Under the pieces are notes generated by a model that saw only the letters and a list, made by a program, of their open reading frames with translations, was not told the DNA's origin and ran no database searches. Positions 16,214-25,356 of a DNA stretch of 64,000 nt are shown piece by piece; positions within the stretch are counted from its first letter, which is position 1; each line of letters opens with the position of its first letter. A program made the translations under genes and the position numbers. The stretch is from a virus (lineage: Duplodnaviria > Caudoviricetes): IMG/VR virus record IMGVR_UViG_3300044647_001578, positions 8,016 through 72,015 of that record; one strand, given 5' to 3'.

Positions 16214-18012
16214 AGTATTTGCATCCTGTCCATTGCTTCTCTCAAACCTTCAGGCATTCTTGGTGCCCTAATCATGTTATAAGATGTTGTGTCTGGGTCA
16301 TCTTTGGCCCCAAAATCATTGTCGTAATTCATAGATTCATATGTATGAATATTAATTTCTTGATTATTATCAAACCTTGTTCTGCTGATCGAATTAAATA
16401 TTGCCCCACATGTTGCGTCCGCCAAGTCTTTAGATCCTTTTCTTGGGTGATCCACTTTGTCTCTCATAATTCTAAGTTGGCATAGCTCATCTATAAGCAG
16501 TGGTATGTGTGGGCCAATTAGTCTCTCTTCCGCCACAATCATAGCCATATCGTCATAATGCTTTTTAGCGACAGACAGAATCTCTGTATTGATGCCATAT
16601 TGTTTTAGTTGTTGCATCATATCATGAGAGTTCCATCTGTCAAAGGTACATATTGCTATATTAAATCCTCTTGTTTTAAGAGAAAGAATGTAGTCTTTTA
16701 CTTCAGTAAAGTCAACAGATTTGTCTGGGGTCGGTGTCCAGTATCTTACAGCATCAACCTCTACAATTGGGGCTGGCTGCGAGTAGGTATCAGTCACCTT
16801 TACGTTAACCCATTTATTTACATGAGCCATTGTTACTGCACAGTGGTCATGCTTTTGAGCCAAGTCTACGTGAATATAATATTTTTTATCTGGGTCTGGT
16901 ATAAACCACTCTTCAAGTCTGCCAAAGTTGTCAACTGCGATTGATCCCACGTTAAAAGCCTTCTCTACTTTTTCTCTAGATTTAAAGAATGCATCTACTG
17001 CATCTGGGGGCATGCAAGCAAATCTTGAAAGAGCATCTGTCGGGTTTGTATAAAATGCTGTTTTAAAATCATCAATCTTTCTAACTGGGTTTATCTCCCA
17101 CGTAGGTCTTTTAATAGCATAAACCTTTGGTATTTTATAAGATATTATATGATCCTCTTCCCATTGTATTTCAAACTCATTTCCTTCTGTACCGTCTGGT
17201 AGTTCTTCGTACATCTTAAACTTATGGTCTCTAATTATAGTTTCTTTTTCGCCTATTACCGCATCATATCTTTGCTGTATATAATCATTCTTAAATCTAG
17301 GAAATGATAGCAATATAACTTTACCAAAATCTGGGAAGCGTGAGTCTACTGATGCCCTGTACATATCATAAACCGCACTACCTGTTTTAGCTTGATCGTG
17401 ACCAGTTGTATTATCAATTGCAAAGCCAGAAATTTCATCCAGAATAACAACGATAACGTTATATCCTTCCCAAGCCTCTCTTTCTGAGTGGCCAGAGTGA
17501 ACCGTTATAGCCTTGTTAAACTGGATTTCAGATGCCTTGGCATAGTACTTCCCAATAAACCATGGCGACTTGTCTATGCGGCTCCTGAAGCCTTTAAAAA
17601 ATACGTTGCTTGCCTGCTGTGAGTTAATTGCAATATTAATAATATCAATAGAGTCGCCTGGAGGTTTGCCGTAATATGTTGCTGGGTCCTTTAGACATAA
17701 TAGTAAATATACTATATACGCTACTGCAATCGTTGAGCAGTAGTCTTTTCCAGAACCTTTTCCTAGCTGTGCGACAACTTCGTTTGCCGTTTGCTTAAAT
17801 CTAATAGATCCCTCTTCGTCTCCAAATAATTTTTTTAGTGTTGTTTCTTTATATATCTGTGAGCTTTTTTCAATCAAAGTATACTGATAATCAGAGAGTG
17901 GAGGTAGACCTAAATAATTTGGGTCATTTACAAATGTGCGAAGATCGACTGGCTTTTCTTCAAACTCTTCACCGTCTAATATATCAATTAAATCTGAGAA
18001 ATCAAATGACAT
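16210..18012 (-). CDS. terL: terminase large subunit
   Basis: LGKGSGKD Walker A, VILDE Walker B, HVDLAQKHD nuclease, FDRWNS, DHPRKGSKDLADA. Confidence 0.93.
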   Translation of the reverse strand: MSFDFSDLIDILDGEEFEEKPVDLRTFVNDPNYLGLPPLSDYQYTLIEKSSQIYKETTLKKLFGDEEGSIRFKQTANEVVAQLGKGSGKDYCSTIAVAYIVYLLLCLKDPATYYGKPPGDSIDIINIAINSQQASNVFFKGFRSRIDKSPWFIGKYYAKASEIQFNKAITVHSGHSEREAWEGYNVIVVILDEISGFAIDNTTGHDQAKTGSAVYDMYRASVDSRFPDFGKVILLSFPRFKNDYIQQRYDAVIGEKETIIRDHKFKMYEELPDGTEGNEFEIQWEEDHIISYKIPKVYAIKRPTWEINPVRKIDDFKTAFYTNPTDALSRFACMPPDAVDAFFKSREKVEKAFNVGSIAVDNFGRLEEWFIPDPDKKYYIHVDLAQKHDHCAVTMAHVNKWVNVKVTDTYSQPAPIVEVDAVRYWTPTPDKSVDFTEVKDYILSLKTRGFNIAICTFDRWNSHDMMQQLKQYGINTEILSVAKKHYDDMAMIVAEERLIGPHIPLLIDELCQLRIMRDKVDHPRKGSKDLADATCGAIFNSISRTRFDNNQEINIHTYESMNYDNDFGAKDDPDTTSYNMIRAPRMPEGLREAMDRMQIL

Positions 18013-18013
18013 G

Positions 18014-18637
18014 CTACCTCCCCATTGAATTAGTTAGAGGGTGGCCAGATGGAACATATCCTTTTGGAACCTTTATCATGTGGTATATATGATTTGGCCA
18101 AGCATAATACTTTTCACTTAAAACTTCTTTAGTTGAATGTTTGCAATGATCTTCTGGACTATGGAATATCAGGTCGCCTTTCAATGGCTTGTATACAATG
18201 TCTTGATCCTCATAGTAAAATTCTCCGCCTTCAAAATCATTAAAGAATATATACATTCCCATGTCAATGCCGTCTGCGTAGTCGAACTCTTCGCCATCAA
18301 CATAAAGTGCTGAGGCCTTTGATGCCTCTAGAAACTCTGAGTTGTCAGAATGTGCATATCTTTTAGTACCTTGTAATAATTTGTGAGGATGAATATTTGT
18401 GCCAACAAAATACCCGTCGTGTAGAAGAGATTGAATCCTAGATCTAATTTCTTGCAAACTCTCAACGCCCTTTTCTTCTATTACCTTAAACCTTTTCTCA
18501 GGGTGCGGCTGCCAGTAGTCTTCTGGGGGGAGGCTATCTAGGTACAGTGTTACCGAGTCAGATTCTTCGGGGCTCATGAAATTACGATATACATATATGT
18601 CTTCGCCAATTTTTTCAAATAAATCTTTATTGAACAT
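18014..18637 (-). CDS. 2OG-Fe(II) oxygenase
   Basis: HSD, FNDFEGGEF, KPLKGDLIFH, KH. Confidence 0.8.
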   Translation of the reverse strand: MFNKDLFEKIGEDIYVYRNFMSPEESDSVTLYLDSLPPEDYWQPHPEKRFKVIEEKGVESLQEIRSRIQSLLHDGYFVGTNIHPHKLLQGTKRYAHSDNSEFLEASKASALYVDGEEFDYADGIDMGMYIFFNDFEGGEFYYEDQDIVYKPLKGDLIFHSPEDHCKHSTKEVLSEKYYAWPNHIYHMIKVPKGYVPSGHPLTNSMGR

Positions 18638-19175
18638 TGGTTATCACTTCTGCGTCGTGAATATTTACTGACTCAACTATGCCAGTAATCTGAGATAGCC
18701 TCTTTGCAACATCCATTTTACATTTAGGGCAACCAGCAGTAACTTCTTTTAAAATTCCAACTAAAACTTCTTGTTTACGTTCTGTCTCGGCAATCTGAGA
18801 TGCTATTTGTGTATTCTCTAATACTCCCACTGACTGAAGCATTGCTATTCTTTTGGTTTCAATATCTGCAATAAGCTTTAGGGCACTCGCTTTCACGCTT
18901 AGCTGCCCCTGGGTGTCCGCATCTTCTACAGTCTTCCAGGCTTCTTTAATTAGCATCGCATAGTGCTGATCTGCTCCAGAGATAGCTTCACGAGCACGGT
19001 CACGGATATTGCTATCATTATGGACTACAGACTTCCATTCGTCAACATATTCCAGGACTTCTTTTCTAGAGAAACCAGTGAGTGTTGCTATCTGTGTTGC
19101 AGAATTTCCCTTTAGAAGTTCTTCCACAACCTTATTCATGCGGTCAAAATGTACCGCTGGCTCTATTTCGCTCAT
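18627..19175 (-). CDS. HTH protein, candidate terminase small subunit
   Basis: N-terminal HTH (SATQIATLTGFSRKEV), helical body, upstream of terL; TATAAT-N6-ATG. Confidence 0.6.
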   Translation of the reverse strand: MSEIEPAVHFDRMNKVVEELLKGNSATQIATLTGFSRKEVLEYVDEWKSVVHNDSNIRDRAREAISGADQHYAMLIKEAWKTVEDADTQGQLSVKASALKLIADIETKRIAMLQSVGVLENTQIASQIAETERKQEVLVGILKEVTAGCPKCKMDVAKRLSQITGIVESVNIHDAEVITNVQ

Positions 19176-19202
19176 AATTAAATTATACCACGTTTTAGTT
19201 GA

Positions 19203-19529
19203 CTAAGACTTGTTGGCAATTTTAAGAAGTATTAGGTATCCAATTAGATCATCAATATCATTATCGCCAGGGAATGCTTTATCGTTTTGAATTCTATTTA
19301 ATTTATCATCAATGCGGACACGAATCTGTTCTGTTGAGTCCGCCTTTGAAAATATACGAATTGGATCTAGTGCTGAGTTTCCATATGAGATATTTTTCTT
19401 TATAAGCATCTCTGCAATCTCTAAACACTCTCTAATGATCTTGTGGCCAGAAGGAGCATCTGTTGCAATTAACTGAAGGTCTGTTATCCAAGCCTGATAT
19501 CCACCATCTTTATTTGGGTACTCGCTCAT
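19203..19529 (-). CDS. DUF1599-like / nucleotide-modification-associated helical protein
   Basis: KNISYGNS, RIDDKLNRI, DDLIGYLIL; start refined to MSEYPN. Confidence 0.65.
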   Translation of the reverse strand: MSEYPNKDGGYQAWITDLQLIATDAPSGHKIIRECLEIAEMLIKKNISYGNSALDPIRIFSKADSTEQIRVRIDDKLNRIQNDKAFPGDNDIDDLIGYLILLKIANKS

Positions 19530-19672
19530 TTTTTTCTCAACAATCCAAACTCTTGTAAATATCTCTGTATAGTCATAGCAGAGACCCCGCACTCTTTACC
19601 TATTTCTGTAACTGTTTTCTTTTGAACTATGTATCTCCTATATAGCCAATCTTTACTTTGATAAAGTTTCAT
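19526..19672 (-). CDS. small HTH DNA-binding protein (48 aa)
   Basis: MKLYQSKDWLYRRYIVQKKTVTEIGKECGVSAMTIQRYLQEFGLLRKK; ATGA overlaps at both ends. Confidence 0.75.
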   Translation of the reverse strand: MKLYQSKDWLYRRYIVQKKTVTEIGKECGVSAMTIQRYLQEFGLLRKK

Positions 19673-20235
19673 CGCTTAGTAAGTACCTGGTTGCTATAGT
19701 GTGCAATCCCAAAGCTATCCGCAACATCAAAATCTATAATTTCTAAACCATATTTCTTATTAAAGTAGTCAGCAGTTCTTTGCTTTCTCATATTTCTTAA
19801 CTGATTTTTATACCAAGATTCAGCATAGCCTGGATTAGCCAATCTTATTGCAGACTTCTCATCCTTCGTAGGATTTTTGTTGCCAATGTACGCCTGCCAC
19901 GAGGATGGACTAATAGTAATAACCTTAGCACCAGTAGACATAAGCTCAGCAATAACAACTCCATAGACATAGGACAATTTTATCACAGCATCAGGTGATC
20001 TGACAAGTATGGCACCTTCAACAGCAATATAATCACTCTTAAGTTCATCTAACATCATGGCCATTTTATTTTTAGCGTCGTGAATTTTTTCATATATATC
20101 TTCGCCTACAAGATTAATCTTTCCCCATTTAAGAGGAACATCATCCTCCATTAAACAAAAAGCTATAGAGTTAGTTGAGGCATCTATGCCTAAAACCCTA
20201 TTTGCTTTTGTCTTTATTAGGCTAGCTAATTTCAT
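19669..20235 (-). CDS. ruvC: RuvC-like Holliday junction resolvase
   Basis: VLGIDAS, IAVE, DVADSFGIA acidic motifs. Confidence 0.8.
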   Translation of the reverse strand: MKLASLIKTKANRVLGIDASTNSIAFCLMEDDVPLKWGKINLVGEDIYEKIHDAKNKMAMMLDELKSDYIAVEGAILVRSPDAVIKLSYVYGVVIAELMSTGAKVITISPSSWQAYIGNKNPTKDEKSAIRLANPGYAESWYKNQLRNMRKQRTADYFNKKYGLEIIDFDVADSFGIAHYSNQVLTKR

Positions 20236-20500
20236 CTACAATGTCTTTCAAAAGCTTTCTTGATTTTAAATTTGTTTCTTTTACGCAAGAAGAACATATG
20301 TCCTCAGAGTTATACCTGCTAAGCTGAGCCTTGCATTTTTTGCAGAGCCTTACTGCACCCTTTTTAATTGCTTTTTTCTCATAATACTTTTGCATAATTC
20401 TTTTGTTTGTTGCAACCCTGCAGCACTCGTCAGAACAATACTTCTGGTTGTGTGTCTTGGAGTCAAAGTCTTTAGCGCATTCTGTATTGGCACAAATCAT
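20222..20500 (-). CDS. Cys-rich Zn-finger protein
   Basis: CANTEC, YCSDEC, CKKC, CSSC. Confidence 0.75.
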   Translation of the reverse strand: MICANTECAKDFDSKTHNQKYCSDECCRVATNKRIMQKYYEKKAIKKGAVRLCKKCKAQLSRYNSEDICSSCVKETNLKSRKLLKDIVDEIS

Positions 20501-21288
20501 ATTTTTGGAACCTTATAAAGATCTATTTCAACAGTACCGATTGGACCTGATTTGTCATAACAGGCCTTCTTGACTGGACAATATGTGCAAGGCATCTTAG
20601 ACTTGGTTGATCCTTCTGGTCTTACTGGTAGGTCTCCATTTTGAAAGTTATCCCAGACCTGCCCCATCCAAGCAAATGCTTCTTCAATAATCGCTTTATT
20701 CTTTTCATTCATTGAAATTGGAATAATCAATATCTCTTGAGTGTTCTTGTTTTCATACAGGAAAAATCCCTCTTTGGCATTTTTTAATTTCATATAGGTT
20801 AATAGCTGAAGCATATGGTTTGCTGATGACTTCATCTCTGATTGTCTTGTATCCCAAACTTCTTGCTTTGCCGTTTTGATTTCACCAATTACAGTCTCGC
20901 CATCATACTCCATAATTAAATCTATAAAGCCTCTAATTGGAGGATACTCATTAATAATTTCTTCTTCTTCTGCTCTCCATTCTGGCATAGTGGCAATAAG
21001 TTTTTGAAGTCTTTCGTGGGCTTGAGTTCCCTGTGCCATATTTGCAACTGCAACGGCATCATTATCATCAATAAATACTGCACCAGAAAATGCCATGTAC
21101 CAATATCTGGGACACGTTCCATGTCCATAACCAAGTGAGCTTGGGCTAAATGACTTCTTTGTCATCTGTCCGTCTGCTCTCTTGGTATTGCGATATGACT
21201 CGTCAAGTAATGAGGCAAACTTTTCTGGATCAAAGAACTTTCCAGTATGCTTTTTAAACTTAAGATTCTTTACAATATCTCTGGCCAT
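20497..21288 (-). CDS. Cas4-like PD-(D/E)XK exonuclease
   Basis: CPR, GTQAH, GFID, EIKT, QLLTY, CTYCPVKKAC Fe-S ligands. Confidence 0.85.
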   Translation of the reverse strand: MARDIVKNLKFKKHTGKFFDPEKFASLLDESYRNTKRADGQMTKKSFSPSSLGYGHGTCPRYWYMAFSGAVFIDDNDAVAVANMAQGTQAHERLQKLIATMPEWRAEEEEIINEYPPIRGFIDLIMEYDGETVIGEIKTAKQEVWDTRQSEMKSSANHMLQLLTYMKLKNAKEGFFLYENKNTQEILIIPISMNEKNKAIIEEAFAWMGQVWDNFQNGDLPVRPEGSTKSKMPCTYCPVKKACYDKSGPIGTVEIDLYKVPKI

Positions 21289-21627
21289 TTATGAGTTGTA
21301 CCTAACGACATACTTAAGTGCATCTACAAGTTTGTCTATGGACTCCTTTACTGAATAGTAAACGTTCTTCTTGTTGTTATTTACAGTTCCCGCTTTATCT
21401 TTAGCGATAGTTGAATACACAGAAGACATTACGGCAAACTTGGTGGACATTGCTTGAAGTTCCATAATAAGCACAGGAGCTTTTGCTGATGGGACATCTG
21501 GTGTCATCAATAGCTTTACAACAATAGCCAATGCTTTGTCTAAGTGCTCATCCTGCATATACTCATGCAGGTCGTTGAACTCTGTTATATCACTAATTAA
21601 TTGAAGTGTGTTTTTATCTTCCGCCAT
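21289..21627 (-). CDS. hypothetical protein
   Basis: Start refined to MAEDKN (GAGG SD). Confidence 0.7.
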   Translation of the reverse strand: MAEDKNTLQLISDITEFNDLHEYMQDEHLDKALAIVVKLLMTPDVPSAKAPVLIMELQAMSTKFAVMSSVYSTIAKDKAGTVNNNKKNVYYSVKESIDKLVDALKYVVRYNS

Positions 21628-21718
21628 TTTTAATCCTCTTGTCCCACTTGTCAATGAATAGTCCGACTGGATACCCAATAATAAATCCTACCATTAATCC
21701 AAATAAAAACATAGTCAT
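21614..21718 (-). CDS. 34-aa single-TM micro-protein
   Basis: MTMFLFGLMVGFIIGYPVGLFIDKWDKRIKNGGR; ATGA overlap. Confidence 0.6.
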   Translation of the reverse strand: MTMFLFGLMVGFIIGYPVGLFIDKWDKRIKNGGR

Positions 21719-22419
21719 TTTAAATTGCCCTCAAACTCAGTTACGTTCATCTTTAGATTGTCAACCTCATGTTTCCCTATCTTGTTTCCCTTATGATCTA
21801 TTGCTTTTTTGTACATCTTTAGCCTTGGCTTATCTGCTGACACTGCTCTTTGAATTTCATCTAAGTAGTCTTGAGTGTCTTGAATTCTTTTATCTGAGGG
21901 GTAGACCTCATTCAAAACATTAATGTTAGAGTCTTGAAATTGTGCAATTGATACTGGTAGTATGCATGCTACATCTGTTCCAGCCTTTACAAAATATTCT
22001 TTGTTTGCTTCGTGAAGCTTCCATACAATTGGAAATGATCCTGTAAATATAGATGATGATAAAACAGTTGTTATAACTTCAGCACCTTCAATGAATTGAT
22101 TTGGTACTGGCATAGTAAGTATGCTTACATCTGGGTCTGTTCTAAATATTAAATTAGTGTTGAAACTTACGGTTCCCTCTCCTCTGCCAGACCATACATG
22201 TTCACTTCCAAGTATCGCTTTCGCTGGGTTCTTTCTATCTCCGTCCCAGACAAATGAAATATCTTGGTCAAAATAAATTCCATACCCAAGAGAGTTTGCT
22301 GCCATTATTGGAGTACAGTTATATGTAACGGAGTGCATCCAGTCTCTCTTTGGGGGCAACTGTCTTATTTTTGCTGATAGGTCCCTGTGGTTGTCTCTGT
22401 ATGCATTAATCGTGTACAT
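21715..22419 (-). CDS. DUF6065-like protein
   Basis: RDWM...YNCTPIMAANSLGY motif. Confidence 0.65.
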   Translation of the reverse strand: MYTINAYRDNHRDLSAKIRQLPPKRDWMHSVTYNCTPIMAANSLGYGIYFDQDISFVWDGDRKNPAKAILGSEHVWSGRGEGTVSFNTNLIFRTDPDVSILTMPVPNQFIEGAEVITTVLSSSIFTGSFPIVWKLHEANKEYFVKAGTDVACILPVSIAQFQDSNINVLNEVYPSDKRIQDTQDYLDEIQRAVSADKPRLKMYKKAIDHKGNKIGKHEVDNLKMNVTEFEGNLK

Positions 22420-22720
22420 TGTTTGTCTCCCAACATTCTATTAGTTGCTCTAGCATTGCCCACTCTATTACTGCAAGCCTTGTCTTTGATCCGTCTGAGC
22501 CAAGCACTAGCTTTAGTACTGGGCTTTTGTCCCTACTCACCTTAAATGTGTCAGTACATATCTTTGACCACATTGATTTAGATATAGATATAGACTTTGA
22601 GTATTCTTTATAATCTACAACAAAATTATGCCAGACGGCATCTCCTTTTTGATAATCTCCACGACCTGAATTCTTTTGGCCTTTGGCGCCATCCCTTTTT
22701 ATTTCTGATCGCTCTGACAT
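22406..22720 (-). CDS. small PD-(D/E)XK nuclease (Hjc-type resolvase-like)
   Basis: NSGRG..KGDA...VDYKE. Confidence 0.55.
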   Translation of the reverse strand: MSERSEIKRDGAKGQKNSGRGDYQKGDAVWHNFVVDYKEYSKSISISKSMWSKICTDTFKVSRDKSPVLKLVLGSDGSKTRLAVIEWAMLEQLIECWETNNVHD

Positions 22721-23544
22721 TAATTCCCACTCTCAACTGCAATTTCATCAGTAGATATCCTTATCAGCTGCATATCTTTATCGACATACTCTGATTCAGT
22801 CATTATGCCATCAGACTCTACAGTATATTTGCTTTCCCACACTATATTTTTATCTGAAACATAATCTAAAAATGTTCTTGCAAAATATCGATTGGCATTA
22901 AAGTATTGTTTTACTCCATGATAAAACGGCTCAGTTGATGGCATTATTACTGCATCACCTGGCATTGGCTTATACTTATAGCTTTTTTTAGAAATATCAT
23001 CATAGACACAAATTTCTCCACCGTCATAACTATTATTTAAATAAAAGTTTATTGTTGCTACGTGCCTTCTAAATTTAATTTCGTTTGGTATCGGAAGCTC
23101 ATCAATATGATAGGCCATCATAAGCTTATCTGGTGGTCCATTGAACTTCTTTTCTTTTTCATACTCATATTTAAAGTAATCCACATGTATGGACTTCTCA
23201 ATAGAGTTTAGCTTGTCCCAATTTAATATGAAGTCTGGCCAAGTTCCAGACTCTTTAAATTCTTTAAAGTAATCTTTATTTATAAATTCAGTTATATCAT
23301 AAATTTCTTTTAAATACTTTTTTTCTTTAATTGCGATATCAGTGCCTGAGTCTAAACTGAGGCCACTATCAAATAGCATCCCTCTTCTTTGGCCCTGCTC
23401 ATACCAATCCCTCCAGGGATCAAGAATAGAATCTACGTTGTCTTCTTCCAACAGATCAATTAGCTCTTGGCTATATTTAAATATGTTTTTGTACACAACT
23501 ATTTGAGGAGCAATTATTATCTTTTCTATATTTTCGTATGACAT
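22720..23544 (-). CDS. 2OG-Fe(II) oxygenase
   Basis: YHID, YLNNSYDGGEI, YKPMPGDAVIMPS, YHGV, NRYF. Confidence 0.85.
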   Translation of the reverse strand: MSYENIEKIIIAPQIVVYKNIFKYSQELIDLLEEDNVDSILDPWRDWYEQGQRRGMLFDSGLSLDSGTDIAIKEKKYLKEIYDITEFINKDYFKEFKESGTWPDFILNWDKLNSIEKSIHVDYFKYEYEKEKKFNGPPDKLMMAYHIDELPIPNEIKFRRHVATINFYLNNSYDGGEICVYDDISKKSYKYKPMPGDAVIMPSTEPFYHGVKQYFNANRYFARTFLDYVSDKNIVWESKYTVESDGIMTESEYVDKDMQLIRISTDEIAVESGN

Positions 23545-23545
23545 T

Positions 23546-23737
23546 TTATCCCAACCTATGTACTGACTCATGTCCTTGTGAACAAGTCCATTTCATTATT
23601 AAATTTACAGGATCCCACAACCCGCCATCTACATCAATATCACATTTAGAGCATGGCTTAATTCCTTGAAGAGTTTCAAATGTAGAGTTGATTTCTTCTG
23701 GCTCATCTTTCTTTAAAAATTCATTAAGATTTGGCAT
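23546..23737 (-). CDS. Zn-ribbon hypothetical protein
   Basis: CSKC...CSQGH. Confidence 0.65.
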   Translation of the reverse strand: MPNLNEFLKKDEPEEINSTFETLQGIKPCSKCDIDVDGGLWDPVNLIMKWTCSQGHESVHRLG

Positions 23738-24728
23738 CAATGTCCTTGATTAACTTATCAACAACATCTGGGTTGTCTCTTAAATAGTTAACTGCCTTTG
23801 CACGTCCTTGAAGTCTTTCTCCATTAACTGTGTACCAAGCTCCGCCCTTTTCGATTGCTCCAACCATCTCAGCAACATCTAAAGTTTCTCCAACTAAATC
23901 TACTCCAAGCGATTCTCCTTGATAGTAGAAGTCGTATTGTCCAGATAGGTTAGGGGGGCCGAGTTTGTTGTAATCAATAATCCAATTGACTGGTCTGCCA
24001 ACTCTTTGTTCAATAATCTTGTCACCAACTTTAACACCAGCTTTGATAGCATTAGCTTCAGCCTCAGAAGACCAAAGCTTAATGACGGTGGAAGAGAAGA
24101 ACTTGACTGCCATTCCTCCTGTCGGTATGTGGGAGGCATGCATAGATCCAAACTGATTTCTCTGTTGTGAGATGAGTACCAATAATGTGTTCTTGTTTGC
24201 ATAGTTTAACATCTTGACTGCGTGAGTCATATCCTTTGCTTCAGCGCCGATTTGCTTTGTGTCTTGCAAATCTTTCATTTCATTTCCATCTTTTTCAAAA
24301 TAAATAGCTGGTAGTAATGCTGATATAGAATCAACTACAATAATATCAACACCTGCATCCATTAGCTTGGTAGCAACATCGACCATATCATTAACTGTTT
24401 TAGCTGGTGAGTAGATAAGGGAAGACGAATCTACTCCAAGCATCTCTGCCCAAGCCTGATCGTAGGATGCTTCAGCATCAATCCATGCACAAGTCTTACC
24501 TTCTTTTTGTGCAATCGCAATCATCTGTAAACAGAATGAAGATTTTCCCGCTGACTTATTGCCCCAAACAAGAACCTGTCTTCCGTAGCCAAGCCCACCT
24601 TTTAAGGCCATGTTAAGGCCAATGCTTGGCGTCTTTTGCTTTTCTACTTTTACGTCTTGTGCTGCTTTAACTCTTGCTCTTGTTTTTGGATCTAGTGCTG
24701 CTAGGATATCGTCTATCGCTATAGTCAT
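23724..24728 (-). CDS. recA: RecA/UvsX recombinase
   Basis: GNKSAGKS, WIDAE, IVVDS, PTGGMAVKF, KGGAWY. Confidence 0.95.
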   Translation of the reverse strand: MTIAIDDILAALDPKTRARVKAAQDVKVEKQKTPSIGLNMALKGGLGYGRQVLVWGNKSAGKSSFCLQMIAIAQKEGKTCAWIDAEASYDQAWAEMLGVDSSSLIYSPAKTVNDMVDVATKLMDAGVDIIVVDSISALLPAIYFEKDGNEMKDLQDTKQIGAEAKDMTHAVKMLNYANKNTLLVLISQQRNQFGSMHASHIPTGGMAVKFFSSTVIKLWSSEAEANAIKAGVKVGDKIIEQRVGRPVNWIIDYNKLGPPNLSGQYDFYYQGESLGVDLVGETLDVAEMVGAIEKGGAWYTVNGERLQGRAKAVNYLRDNPDVVDKLIKDIDAKS

Positions 24729-24758
24729 TTATTCTCTTTCTTTTATACAATTATATCA

Positions 24759-25097
24759 TTAAAATAAATTGCCGTGAAGCTTTGGCCTTTCTTTATTAAT
24801 TTCCATTTTTTTAAATAAAACTTCATCTAAACTATGTTCTACAAAACCACCGTTACGCATTGATGCGTATAGGTCAAGAGTTCTAATTAAGATGTCAACC
24901 ATCTCTTCTACGATTTCTTCAGACCCTTTATTCTTTCTTATAGCTTCAAGAACTTCAGTTACCTCAGAGTGTATTAAAGCCAACTTGTTTCCAAATACGT
25001 CAAAGTTTTTTGGCTTATCCCAAAACCCCTTTTCAATTGCAGTCTCGTGCAATAATGCTGCAAGTACGTCTAGCCCATAGTCTGTGACTAGTACCAT
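24759..25097 (-). CDS. MazG-like NTP pyrophosphohydrolase
   Basis: LIHSEVTEVLEA...EEMVDILIR...KMEIN. Confidence 0.8.
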   Translation of the reverse strand: MVLVTDYGLDVLAALLHETAIEKGFWDKPKNFDVFGNKLALIHSEVTEVLEAIRKNKGSEEIVEEMVDILIRTLDLYASMRNGGFVEHSLDEVLFKKMEINKERPKLHGNLF

Positions 25098-25104
25098 CTC
25101 ACCT

Positions 25105-25356
25105 TTACTCGAAGTCTGTAATGAGCTGGTCGTTATTGAACCCTGATTCATTTTTTCCTTTTAGCGTAAATGTAAATGTCTGATCATCTGAATTGTAATC
25201 AACCTTAAGCTCTTGGTCATCTGTTGCAGCATTCATAAATAAATCTGTGGACACTGTGATTGTGCCAAGCGTCTCTAGTGCCGCAATTAAAATCTTTGGT
25301 ACGCTAAGGGCACCAAATATATCCTCTGCTGTGCTCACTTTAATGTCTTCTGTCAT
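25105..25356 (-). CDS. hypothetical protein
   Basis: ORF in operon, AGGAG SD. Confidence 0.7.
   Translation of the reverse strand: MTEDIKVSTAEDIFGALSVPKILIAALETLGTITVSTDLFMNAATDDQELKVDYNSDDQTFTFTLKGKNESGFNNDQLITDFE

Noticed and set aside
16210-18012. Terminase ~45 kb from the portal as a sign of misassembly
   Set aside because: Genes are continuous, co-oriented and translationally coupled throughout; displaced terminases occur in large actinophages
20497-21288. Cas4 as evidence of a CRISPR-Cas system
   Set aside because: Solo Cas4-like nuclease in a recombination block; no cas1/cas2 or array seen
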